Shown here piece after piece: positions 19,521 to 28,535 of a stretch of DNA of 64,000 nt (its first letter is position 1; every line of letters starts with the position of its first letter). Where the stretch lies: NCBI GenBank assembly GCA_963663165.1, contig OY760175.1, forward strand, positions 5,024,001-5,088,000, in the 5' to 3' direction. The notes below the pieces were generated by a model. That model ran no database searches. It had not been told where the DNA came from and was given only the letters and a program-made list of their open reading frames with translations. A program made the position numbers and the translations under genes. Source of the stretch: an uncultured Desulfospira sp. Its GTDB lineage: Bacteria; Desulfobacterota; Desulfobacteria; Desulfobacterales; Desulfobacteraceae.

Positions 19521-19683
19521 TATAACCATGTTCTTTATCATTAATTAAAATATGATCTTGTTTACCAAATTTATTTAGTCTGATAGAATATATAATTGAC
19601 AGAATAAAATTTTTTATATACATGCTGTTCTTGCACATAAATCCTTAAAACCAAACGGTATGTCCCAAGCAGGATAAGGTTAA

Positions 19684-20676
19684 ATGAAGACGGTTCCCCT
19701 CACCAGACAACGCGGCAATGATACCCGGCAAAACGGCCCCATGCGTAAAGAATGCAATTTATTTGGATCTTACAAAGAAATCCCCCCGTCCCTGGGCGAA
19801 GGATATAGCAAAACAATCCCTCTTCTTTCAGGGGCTGTCCTTTGTATGGCGAATATAAGATACTTTGAGAATTATGATTATGAAATAGATGAAAAATTGC
19901 CTGATCTCGGGTTTGGTTTTTGCCTTTCAGGGCAAAATCATGCTAAAAATATTTTGAAACATAATTTTACCATTAATGAAAACCAAAGTTCATTTTATCA
20001 CCTGAAGGGGGAAAAAGGGGTATACCGGATTACCCCCAACGATCGTTTTATCAGTATAGGTATCATGATGCAGATGGATTTTTTCCGCTCTTTTATGGAG
20101 GAAGAGCAGCATTACCAATCAACGGCTCTTAGAAAGGTTGTTGAAAAAAAACGTTTGGATGCTTTCCGTTATGTTGATACGGTTACACCTCTCATGAGGC
20201 AAATCACCGAACAGATTTTGCTTTGCCCTTACCATGAGCCCACCCGCCGTTTCTTTCTTGAAGCCAAAGCAATGGAACTTATCTTTCACAAGCTCAAACA
20301 AATAGATTCCCTAAACATGCAGGCAAAAGGTGCCTTGCCCGGCAACCGGAAAAACCGGGATAAAATTTATATGGCAGAAGAGTTATTGAGAAATAACATG
20401 GACAATCCTCCCGGACTTCTCGAACTCTCCCGCTCGGTTGGCTTGTCCAGAACACAATTGTTGAGAGATTTTCAAGCCATATTCAATACATCTCCTTATA
20501 GCCATTTGCGAAACATGCGTCTTAGAAAAGCCAAAACCATTTTTTATGAAGGGGAAACCAATATAACCGAAACCGCTTATCTGATCGGTTATTCAAGTGC
20601 CAGCCACTTTACAAAAGCATTTAAACAACATTTTGGCACGACGCCAAGCTCTTATATCCGCACCTTACATTCTTAA
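19684..20676 (+). CDS. AraC-family regulator (PchR/YbtA-like)
   Basis: RRFFLEAKAMEL; ETAYLIGYSSASHFTKAFKQHFG. Confidence 0.9.
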   Translation: MKTVPLTRQRGNDTRQNGPMRKECNLFGSYKEIPPSLGEGYSKTIPLLSGAVLCMANIRYFENYDYEIDEKLPDLGFGFCLSGQNHAKNILKHNFTINENQSSFYHLKGEKGVYRITPNDRFISIGIMMQMDFFRSFMEEEQHYQSTALRKVVEKKRLDAFRYVDTVTPLMRQITEQILLCPYHEPTRRFFLEAKAMELIFHKLKQIDSLNMQAKGALPGNRKNRDKIYMAEELLRNNMDNPPGLLELSRSVGLSRTQLLRDFQAIFNTSPYSHLRNMRLRKAKTIFYEGETNITETAYLIGYSSASHFTKAFKQHFGTTPSSYIRTLHS

Positions 20677-20690
20677 TTTATCAGGGTTAA

Positions 20691-20741
20691 AATATCCTTA
20701 ACCGCTAAAAGAATATCCTCTGTCGATATCAAATTATTCCT
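20691..20741 (+). promoter_or_regulatory. 21-bp-spaced direct repeats, putative AraC binding site for receptor 2
   Basis: aatatcct at 20691 and 20712, degenerate third copy near 20733. Confidence 0.4.
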
Positions 20742-20924
20742 TTCTTGTGCTTAAATTCAGATTGCATGACTCATCAAAGAATTTTTTTTCTTTAGAAGAA
20801 AATTGGGTATGCCATATAGAAATTTAAATTTTTCCACGGAGGAATCCGGCGGCAGTATGCTGACTATCCGTGGTGCTATTTCAGGCCCGTGATCAATTTA
20901 TTTTACACCAAAGGAGAGAAAGAA

Positions 20925-22997
20925 ATGTATTCTGGCAAACACTTGATGGTTGGATGGTCAATTTTCATACTGTTGGTTTTGAACTTTGGCGTGCCCGCTC
21001 TTGCACAAGAAAATAATGATGGGGGAATCCTACTCGAATCAATTACCGTAACGGCGGATAAAAGAGAAAAAGATATCCAGGATATCCCCGGCAGCGTGTC
21101 CGCATTAAATGACATCCGGATAGAGGAAGCCGGAATAAATGCAATAGACGATATTGATAAATATGTCCCCAATTTTGAGATTTATAGAACATACGGCTCT
21201 AACAGCTATCAGAGCATAAGAGGACAAAGTAATCTGATTGATTTCTCATCAGCAGTCGGCACATATATAGATGATGTGCCTAATTTTGGTTTTACCGGGG
21301 TAATGACAAGTCTCTTTGATATTGAGCGTGTTGAGGTTTTAAGAGGACCCCAAGGTAATTTATATGGAATGAACTCAGCGGGAGGGGTTGTAAATATCAT
21401 CACCAAAAAACCTGGAAATGTTTTCAAAGCTAAGGCGTTAGCAGAATACGGCAATTATAACTTGAGAGCTTTTCGTGCCGGGGTAAGCGGCCCTGTTGTT
21501 AAAGATAAGGTTTTTATCGGATTTACCGGATCATATCGAATACGTGACAGCTATATCGAAGAAGAGGGAGCAGATACCCATGAAGAGGAAATTTTTTCAA
21601 GCAGATTGCAGTTACGATGGGTCCCATCTGATGAAACAGACATTCTTTTTACCAAAAATCAGGATGATTATTATTGCGATTTCGATTCATGGGTCGTTCC
21701 GGGCTATGATGATTTCAAGATTAAAAATAGAGGACTCAAAGAAGGGGATGATATAACCGACAATGTATATTCCCTGAGAATCAAGCATCATACGTCTTGG
21801 TCGGATATTACTTCAATCACCGCTCTGGTGGACAATGACAAATACACTGATGCAGGAAAAGATTATAAAACAGGGGGTGATAACTTAAAGCATCGAATCA
21901 TGGACTTGGAAGATAATAGATTTCTTCAGGAGATCCGATTTGCTTCTGTGGATAAAACAAATAGCTTACAATGGCTTTTAGGCGGATTTTATCTGAACGG
22001 CACTCAAGATACATATTATAATATGCGCAGGGATACCGGTACTGCAGGTGCTCCTACCGGGGTCTATACAGATGATTACACCACAAGTAAAATCGACACA
22101 ACCACCTTTTCTCTTTTTGGTCAGGCTGATTATTTCTTTTGGGAAAAGTTTACGTTCACAACTGGTGTACGATTCGATTATGATGAAAAAAAATCTGATT
22201 TTTATCACAACAACAGGGGAGCGGTGACTGCAGATTATGTGGATTCCGAAACTTGGACCAGTTTTTCACCGAAAGTTGCTCTCGATTACCGGATCAATAA
22301 TTCTGCCATGACTTATATCAGTGTAGCAAGAGGGTACAAAGCAGGCGGTTATGCTACTTGCTCTTCAATGGGCGATACTCCAGATTTAGCCAAGTTTGAT
22401 CCGGAATATGCAATATCTTACGAAGCCGGTATCAAAACAAACTGGTTGAATAACAGACTTATCGCAAACATGAGTATGTTTTATTCAACTGTGGATGATA
22501 TCCAGGTTTTATATATTAATCCGGACAGTACCTTTGGGTTGAGAAATGCCGCCGAAGCGACAATGTGGGGAATTGAGGCAGAGTTAAATTTTCGTCCGAT
22601 AACCGGTCTGCAGATCATAGGATCTTTGGGCACACTTGAAACGGAATTTGAGAAACACGAAGAAACTGCATACGAGGGGAATGACGTTCCCTTTGCTCCG
22701 AAATTCAATGCAGGATTAATTGTCCAGTATAACGCATCATGGGGGGGATACATACGAGCAGAATCTGTTTGGCATGGCAAAAGTTTTTTTGACGAGTCCA
22801 ACACATACAGTCAGGATGATTATATCGTATCAAATGCAAAGATTGGGTATGAAATAGGAGCCCTGAATATCAATGTATATGTAAACAATATCTTCGATAA
22901 AACATATTATACTATTTACAATTACGGAAGCGGTGTCGAAAAAGCGGTAACCGGCACCCCCCTTACCTGTGGCGTTCAGGCGACAATAAGATTTTAA
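20925..22997 (+). CDS. TonB-dependent receptor (FyuA/metallophore-receptor-like)
   Basis: AAGGAG RBS, signal peptide, TonB-box ESITVTA, DIERVEVLRGPQGNLYG, terminal F. Confidence 0.93.
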   Translation: MYSGKHLMVGWSIFILLVLNFGVPALAQENNDGGILLESITVTADKREKDIQDIPGSVSALNDIRIEEAGINAIDDIDKYVPNFEIYRTYGSNSYQSIRGQSNLIDFSSAVGTYIDDVPNFGFTGVMTSLFDIERVEVLRGPQGNLYGMNSAGGVVNIITKKPGNVFKAKALAEYGNYNLRAFRAGVSGPVVKDKVFIGFTGSYRIRDSYIEEEGADTHEEEIFSSRLQLRWVPSDETDILFTKNQDDYYCDFDSWVVPGYDDFKIKNRGLKEGDDITDNVYSLRIKHHTSWSDITSITALVDNDKYTDAGKDYKTGGDNLKHRIMDLEDNRFLQEIRFASVDKTNSLQWLLGGFYLNGTQDTYYNMRRDTGTAGAPTGVYTDDYTTSKIDTTTFSLFGQADYFFWEKFTFTTGVRFDYDEKKSDFYHNNRGAVTADYVDSETWTSFSPKVALDYRINNSAMTYISVARGYKAGGYATCSSMGDTPDLAKFDPEYAISYEAGIKTNWLNNRLIANMSMFYSTVDDIQVLYINPDSTFGLRNAAEATMWGIEAELNFRPITGLQIIGSLGTLETEFEKHEETAYEGNDVPFAPKFNAGLIVQYNASWGGYIRAESVWHGKSFFDESNTYSQDDYIVSNAKIGYEIGALNINVYVNNIFDKTYYTIYNYGSGVEKAVTGTPLTCGVQATIRF

Positions 22998-23001
22998 TAT
23001 A

Positions 23002-23255
23002 AACGGTCACGGACCGTCTTTGGTTATCCAGCCAAGCATCGGTCCACAACAAAAAATGACCGTCTTTTCAGCTTGCTAGCAAGACTTTCTTATAACGGCC
23101 ACGGGCCGCCTTGGTTATCCAACCAAGAACCGCCCACAACAAATATTGAAAGAACTCAAAAGGTTGCTGAGTCTTTCATATAAAAACAACCACAGACGGA
23201 TTGTTTGTTAACCCTGGTCCGTCCAATTTTTCAGCCTTTTGGGGGACTTCCTTAT
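23002..23255 (+). repeat. Tandem ~92-bp structured repeat (two clear units plus a degenerate third), copy A
   Basis: Units start at 23002 and 23094 with aacgg(t/c)cacgg(a/g)ccg...ttggttatcca(g/a)ccaag...ccacaac; homologous copy at 57186-57370 on the minus strand. Confidence 0.85.
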
Positions 23256-23272
23256 AAAAAAGAGGATTAGGA

Positions 23273-23905
23273 ATGTATAGAAAACAAAAAATATGGGCAG
23301 TGGCAATAACAATTGGCATGAGTCTTTTTCTATCGGGCAGCGTTCAAGCCGAAACCTCAAGTAATATTTTCAGTGATTGGCAGGGCGAATTCATGAGCAG
23401 GGAATTTGTTAATGAAACCCCTGAAATGGATGCGGTTTACAAAAAAGTGGTCATTGAAGCCAAAAAGTTTGATAAAAATTATACCAAAGCCCAGGTCAGG
23501 GATATTTTAAAAGGAAAAGCGCACACGAGTTTTTGTCGTATTTCCTTAAAAGCGGATGTCATTTCTTTTTATGATGAAATGGGGAATGCGGTGGAACACC
23601 GGTATAAAGCAACCGGAACCGTACCGGATATTTTTGGAAAACAGCAATTTGAATGGCATGCCTTTGAAGCTGTGGGCAAAGAAGCTGAGGGCTCTGAATA
23701 CAGGTATATCCTTATGCTTAAAATTCATCAGCATAAAAACGGCCAGCCCCATTTCCATCTCAGGTACGGCAGCAAGGGGGCCAGGGAACTGACCGGCTTG
23801 TATGGCATGAAAAATTGGTGGCCCACAATGGTCAGGCCTGATTTTGATGTGAGCGCTTATATAAGCAACCTCAATCCTAAAATAATGGCCAGATTTTTGC
23901 CTTGA
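23273..23905 (+). CDS. zinT: ZinT/AdcA-like periplasmic metal-binding protein
   Basis: SDWQGEF, HQH...HFHLRYG, NWWPT motifs; signal peptide. Confidence 0.7.
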   Translation: MYRKQKIWAVAITIGMSLFLSGSVQAETSSNIFSDWQGEFMSREFVNETPEMDAVYKKVVIEAKKFDKNYTKAQVRDILKGKAHTSFCRISLKADVISFYDEMGNAVEHRYKATGTVPDIFGKQQFEWHAFEAVGKEAEGSEYRYILMLKIHQHKNGQPHFHLRYGSKGARELTGLYGMKNWWPTMVRPDFDVSAYISNLNPKIMARFLP

Positions 23906-24175
23906 AATTGTGAAATCATACAATTATCAGGGTCGGAAATATGAAAGATTCGATCCTGATAACTCAATGGGCTAAACAAATATGAAGCACTGATGAGCAG
24001 TTACGGAACCTAATTTTCGCTTATTTTTCATCATTAGCCGAATAGTTAAAAATAAACAATTTTGACAAAAAAACGGAAGATTTTGATATCCGGGCCTGCT
24101 CCAAAAGGGTTATCCTTTCCTCCGCATTTATCATTATTAGACATGACAGGGCGTTTGAGCAAAAACAATAACATC

Positions 24176-25192
24176 ATGAAAAAAATACCTGAAATCCGCC
24201 ATTCATGGGCCCGGATCTATTCACTTCTGAGAATGGATCCGGCCGGGAATGTCCTGGTTACCGCCATTAAACAAAAAATATTTGACCATCTTGGGGAGCC
24301 TGAGTCTTCCGATCATATTGCCCGGCTGTTAAACTCCCATCCCCGGAATACCAAAATTTTTCTTAATGCACTGGCTGGCGTGGGGGTCATTCACAAAAAA
24401 AACGGGCAGTTTTTCAACACCCCTGAAAGTGATGCCTTTCTGGTCAGTACAAGCCCATCGTACTTGGGGAAGTTTTTCTGCCGTGTCCGGTATTTTTTTA
24501 CACGGTGCCGGTCATCGGAACATATGGAATCCCTGCTCATAAACGGCCCGGAAAACAAAACAGGCACCCGAGATGACGCCGAGTGGGTAGCCTATACCCG
24601 GCAGGCATCGGCCCACCAGTTTTGCGGACCGGCACAGAGAACTGCAAAATTTTTAGCTTCCCTGCCCGAATTTTCAGGCATGAAGAAAATGCTTGATCTC
24701 GGGGGAGGGGCGGGTTTTTACGCCATGTTAACGGTTTCGGCCCACAAAACCATGACAGGCGTTGTTTTTGACCTTCCCCCGGTAGTTGCCGTTGCCCGTG
24801 AATTCATCAGGGAATACGGGTTCTCAGACCGGGTATCCACCATGGGAGGCGATTATACCACAGACCCTTTGGGGGATTCCTATGACCTGGTTTATGCCGG
24901 GGGTACCCTCAATTTTGCCAAGGTCCATATTGATACGGTGTTTCGAAAAATATATACGGCCCTTAATCCGGGCGGCGTTTTTATATCCCAGCATGGCTCA
25001 GTTTCCCGGGACCGGACTGAACCGGGGGATCAGGTTCTGGATTTTTTGTTTGACGAGCTTAACGGGATGGATATCATCTTTCCCAAAGGCATGATTGCCA
25101 ACGCAATGAACCGTGCCGGTTTCAAGTCCGTAACCAGCACGGCCCTAAAAAGTGAATTTGGGAAAGCGGACATTGATATTGCCAGAAAATAA
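24176..25192 (+). CDS. SAM-dependent O-methyltransferase with dimerisation domain (start uncertain)
   Basis: MLDLGGGAG, FDLPPV, GGDY, LNPGG. Confidence 0.85.
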   Translation: MKKIPEIRHSWARIYSLLRMDPAGNVLVTAIKQKIFDHLGEPESSDHIARLLNSHPRNTKIFLNALAGVGVIHKKNGQFFNTPESDAFLVSTSPSYLGKFFCRVRYFFTRCRSSEHMESLLINGPENKTGTRDDAEWVAYTRQASAHQFCGPAQRTAKFLASLPEFSGMKKMLDLGGGAGFYAMLTVSAHKTMTGVVFDLPPVVAVAREFIREYGFSDRVSTMGGDYTTDPLGDSYDLVYAGGTLNFAKVHIDTVFRKIYTALNPGGVFISQHGSVSRDRTEPGDQVLDFLFDELNGMDIIFPKGMIANAMNRAGFKSVTSTALKSEFGKADIDIARK

Positions 25193-25202
25193 AACCAAAG
25201 AA

Positions 25203-26411
25203 ATGATAATGACTAAACTTACCTGCCCCAAATCAATCCTTGTTTTCCTGTTTGCATTGATTGTTATTCTTTCTGTGTCAAAGGTTGCCCCATGTGATGA
25301 TACCGGTTTTACCACAACAAAAGACCACAGGGGAAAATCCGTCAGGATCCCCAAAACCATCAACCGGGTGGCAACCATCAGCGACGGCATGATCGCACAG
25401 GTTATGACCCTCTTCGGTGTGGCCGAAAAAATTGTTGCCACCGGTTCTGAATGCATTCCCAGGACATGGACCCCTACCTACCCGGGAGCCGGGGAAAAAA
25501 AATATACATACCATGGGGGCATGAATACGGCGACCTATCTGAATCCCCGGCTCATGGATGTTCCCCTTATTGCAAGATACGGCTCTGCCATCAACTATGA
25601 AAAACTGGCGGTTCTCAAGCCGGATCTTCTCATTGCCCGCATGGGCTCATGTACCCTTGCCGCAGGCCGGGATGTGGTGGAAAAAAGCCTTGATCTGGTG
25701 GAATCCTTAGGGATACCGGTGGTAATGCTGTCCGGTCCTGAATCCGCAAAGGCCCCTGACGTTTCAAGCATGTACCGTGAAATCTACTTGCTGGGAAAGG
25801 TGTTCGGCAAAGAGGGCCAAGCCAGACAACTGGTTGATTTCCTGGAGCAAACCCTTGGATTTATTAAGAACCGGACAGACCGTATCCCGGATGCTGACAA
25901 AAAGAATATCCTGTTGTTGGGGCTTTCCCCCAAAGCCAGAACTAACGGCGCAGCAGGGCATGCAAAAGGTGCCGGCACCCTTCAGGGCTATTTTTTGAGC
26001 GAGTTTGTCAATGCAGCGAATGCCTATGAAGGACCGGGGGCATGGGTAGTTCTAAATGCTGAGCAGATCCTTTCACTTGATCCTGATGTTATCATACTCA
26101 TTACAGACTGGGGGTACCATCCCCCACAGGAACTTTACGAAGCCCTTTATTACCAGAGCCTTAGACATCTCAGGGCAGTGAAAACCCGCCGCGTGGCAGC
26201 CCTTCCTTTTACCCCCTGCAACTGTGAAAAAAGACTTGAATTTCCCATAGACGTTATGATTATGGCAAAAACGGCCTACCCCCGGCTGTTTAAGGATATC
26301 GATCTTGGTGACTGGATTCTTAAATTTTATCAGGGCCTTTACGGCATTGATGTCCAGGCGGCAAGAGGGCTTATGGACTGTCAGTGGGTAGACTGGGCCT
26401 TATCTGAATAG
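25203..26411 (+). CDS. ABC-transporter substrate-binding protein (Fe-siderophore/cobalamin class)
   Basis: KDHRGKSVRIPKTINRV, INYEKLAVLKPDL, AEQILSLDPDVI, LRAVKTRRV. Confidence 0.85.
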   Translation: MIMTKLTCPKSILVFLFALIVILSVSKVAPCDDTGFTTTKDHRGKSVRIPKTINRVATISDGMIAQVMTLFGVAEKIVATGSECIPRTWTPTYPGAGEKKYTYHGGMNTATYLNPRLMDVPLIARYGSAINYEKLAVLKPDLLIARMGSCTLAAGRDVVEKSLDLVESLGIPVVMLSGPESAKAPDVSSMYREIYLLGKVFGKEGQARQLVDFLEQTLGFIKNRTDRIPDADKKNILLLGLSPKARTNGAAGHAKGAGTLQGYFLSEFVNAANAYEGPGAWVVLNAEQILSLDPDVIILITDWGYHPPQELYEALYYQSLRHLRAVKTRRVAALPFTPCNCEKRLEFPIDVMIMAKTAYPRLFKDIDLGDWILKFYQGLYGIDVQAARGLMDCQWVDWALSE

Positions 26412-26517
26412 CTGGGCAATATGAAAACGCTCTTTGTCCCCCTGAAGCTCATGGATAAAAAAATTATGGGGAGCTTTAAATATGCCTCACCCTCAGTGGA
26501 CTATGGTGATCTGAATT

Positions 26518-28194
26518 TTATGGTAAGTCCCGGTGAGTGGAATGGAGGCTTTTGTCATGGATGATGTTCCACGTCAAATTATATGATTTTAAGTACTTAT
26601 TAAGTCTTGAAGTGTCGTCTGAAGTTTTTTTCCTTTTCCGGGAACAGGAAAACAATCGTATACCTGCCTCGGAACGGGTGGTGCTGTCCATACAGACCTT
26701 TATGGTGCTTTCCAGTTGAATTTTTTCAAACAAATCCAGTTCCCTTGCAATTTCCAAAGAAAAGAGATCAATCAAAGGGAAATGGGATTTGGGTTTATCC
26801 GTCAAAATTGATGAACCGGTATTTTTGTTTTTCCATAAAGCAGAGAGCAGATCAATCTCTTTTTGGACAATGTTGTCGTCGATGACACCATGGAATGAAT
26901 ATGTGATCATTCGTTCCAGCGAACCTAAAAGACTCCTGAAATTATTCGGCCACACAGCATACTTTGATGAGGCAAAGGTCAAATAGGTTTTCCTGGCGGA
27001 GGGAAGGAATTCGGCAAAGATTCCTCTTTCTTCGGCTATGCGTTGCAGTTCATAATCAATATTCGGCTCAATGTCCTCGGGGCGCTGGCGCAAGGAGGGA
27101 AGTTCAAAATGCCAGAGATTGATCCGGGAAAGCAGATCCCCACGAAAGTGTCCGGCTGAAACCGCCACAGAAAGGTCTTGGTTGGTTGCACAGATAAGCT
27201 GGAAGTTGCTGTTTACTTCCGTATCCGACCCAAACGGGATGAAACGTTTTTCCTCTATTGCCTTTAGCAGCATGACCTGCATGTCCACAGACAGTTCTCC
27301 GATTTCGTCAAGAAATAAAATACCATTGTCCGCAGTCCGTAAAAGCCCTTTGCGGTTTATGATGGCGCCAGTATAGGACCCTTTTACATGACCAAAAAGC
27401 GTTGACATGGCGCTAACTCCGTGCAGGGTTGCGCAGTTTATTTCCACGAACCCGCCTGAAACCATGCCCCGCTGAACACGCAGCTCATAAATTTTCCGGG
27501 CAAGTTTGGATTTTCCCGACCCTGTTGGACCGGAAAACAACATCGGGGCAATGGAGTGGGTCGCCACGTGTTCAATGTCCTTTATCAACGAGTTGAAGGC
27601 GTGGTTTTTTGTTTTTATGGATGATTTCAGATAGTCCAGTGAGTCGGTCCTTTTCCGTTCAAAGGAACCGAGTTCGGAGATCCATTTGCTGACGGCACAA
27701 TCATAAATTTCAATTTTTTTTTCGTGGTCCCGAACACCATGTTTCTGGGGTGAGCGAAGGTGAAGAATTTTCAGTGGAAGTTTGCGCGCGTTGATGAGGG
27801 TCGCAAGCATGAACGCATGGAGGAAAAGATTGCCCGGCCCGAAATGAAAATAGTAATCTTCTTTTTGGGTATTAAAGGTAAAACCTTCAAAATAATGGCA
27901 GAAAAATCGGTAAAATTCACCGATATTTGACGATGAAAAATCCTGGTTCAAGGTTGACGGGACCGGTGTGATTTCAGACTCAGGAGATATCTCCAGCAAG
28001 TCGTTTTGAAGCGTTTCTATATTTTTTATCTGGGAGGCGCTGACAAAATAGTTCAGCTTGCGGATAAAAAAATTTTTCACACCCATCAGTTCAGTCAATG
28101 GACGCCATTGTTTCCATCGGTTCTGATCCGTGGCCATGTCATGATCTTTGGAAATGGTGCTGAATACGACGATGTCTTTTTCGATGGTTTCCAC
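26518..28194 (-). CDS. rtcR: RtcR-like sigma-54 enhancer-binding protein (divergent CARF + AAA+ + HTH)
   Basis: RWKQWRP, KEDYY, GPTGSGKS, NCATL...FGHVKGSYTGA, LFLDEIGEL, EDIEPNIDYE, RLNKYLKSYNLTW all follow RtcR; orthology uncertain. Confidence 0.75.
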   Translation of the reverse strand: METIEKDIVVFSTISKDHDMATDQNRWKQWRPLTELMGVKNFFIRKLNYFVSASQIKNIETLQNDLLEISPESEITPVPSTLNQDFSSSNIGEFYRFFCHYFEGFTFNTQKEDYYFHFGPGNLFLHAFMLATLINARKLPLKILHLRSPQKHGVRDHEKKIEIYDCAVSKWISELGSFERKRTDSLDYLKSSIKTKNHAFNSLIKDIEHVATHSIAPMLFSGPTGSGKSKLARKIYELRVQRGMVSGGFVEINCATLHGVSAMSTLFGHVKGSYTGAIINRKGLLRTADNGILFLDEIGELSVDMQVMLLKAIEEKRFIPFGSDTEVNSNFQLICATNQDLSVAVSAGHFRGDLLSRINLWHFELPSLRQRPEDIEPNIDYELQRIAEERGIFAEFLPSARKTYLTFASSKYAVWPNNFRSLLGSLERMITYSFHGVIDDNIVQKEIDLLSALWKNKNTGSSILTDKPKSHFPLIDLFSLEIARELDLFEKIQLESTIKVCMDSTTRSEAGIRLFSCSRKRKKTSDDTSRLNKYLKSYNLTWNIIHDKSLHSTHRDLP

Positions 28195-28342
28195 CTTTTA
28201 CGCCCTTTTAACAAAAAATCATTAACCGGCAAGAGTGCCAAATCAAGGCAAACCCAATCACGCCGGTTAGGCAATCTGATTGTTTCAACCCAATAACAAG
28301 ACGCGGCTTCAACAATAAGTTACTGGCAATGGCCTTATTTTT

Positions 28343-28378
28343 TACAGAATATTTTCTGATTGTACAGAATTATTTCCG
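28343..28378. promoter_or_regulatory. Putative upstream activator sequence (20-bp-spaced repeat)
   Basis: tacagaatattttctg and tacagaattatttccg, about 90-110 bp upstream of the -24 box. Confidence 0.45.
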
Positions 28379-28450
28379 GTGTCATATGCGGGTGATAAGT
28401 TCGTCTATCGTAATATATCGTTATTATTGGATAATATTATATCAACGAAA

Positions 28451-28466
28451 CGGCATATATTTTGCT
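28451..28466 (+). promoter_or_regulatory. Sigma-54 -24/-12 promoter
   Basis: cGGcatatatttTGCt with exact GG-N10-GC spacing, 70 bp before the ATG at 28536. Confidence 0.7.
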
Positions 28467-28535
28467 ATTTTTATAAGTACAAGCCCATACCGGCAAGGTT
28501 AATAAGTTGTGCCGTAATTGAAATAAGGAGGTGCT

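Noticed and set aside
23002..23255. CRISPR array
   Set aside because: Only 2-3 units, no unique spacers (the whole unit is conserved at a second locus), no cas genes.
26518..28194. Canonical Rtc RNA-repair locus
   Set aside because: No rtcB, rtcA or Ro/Y-RNA adjacent.
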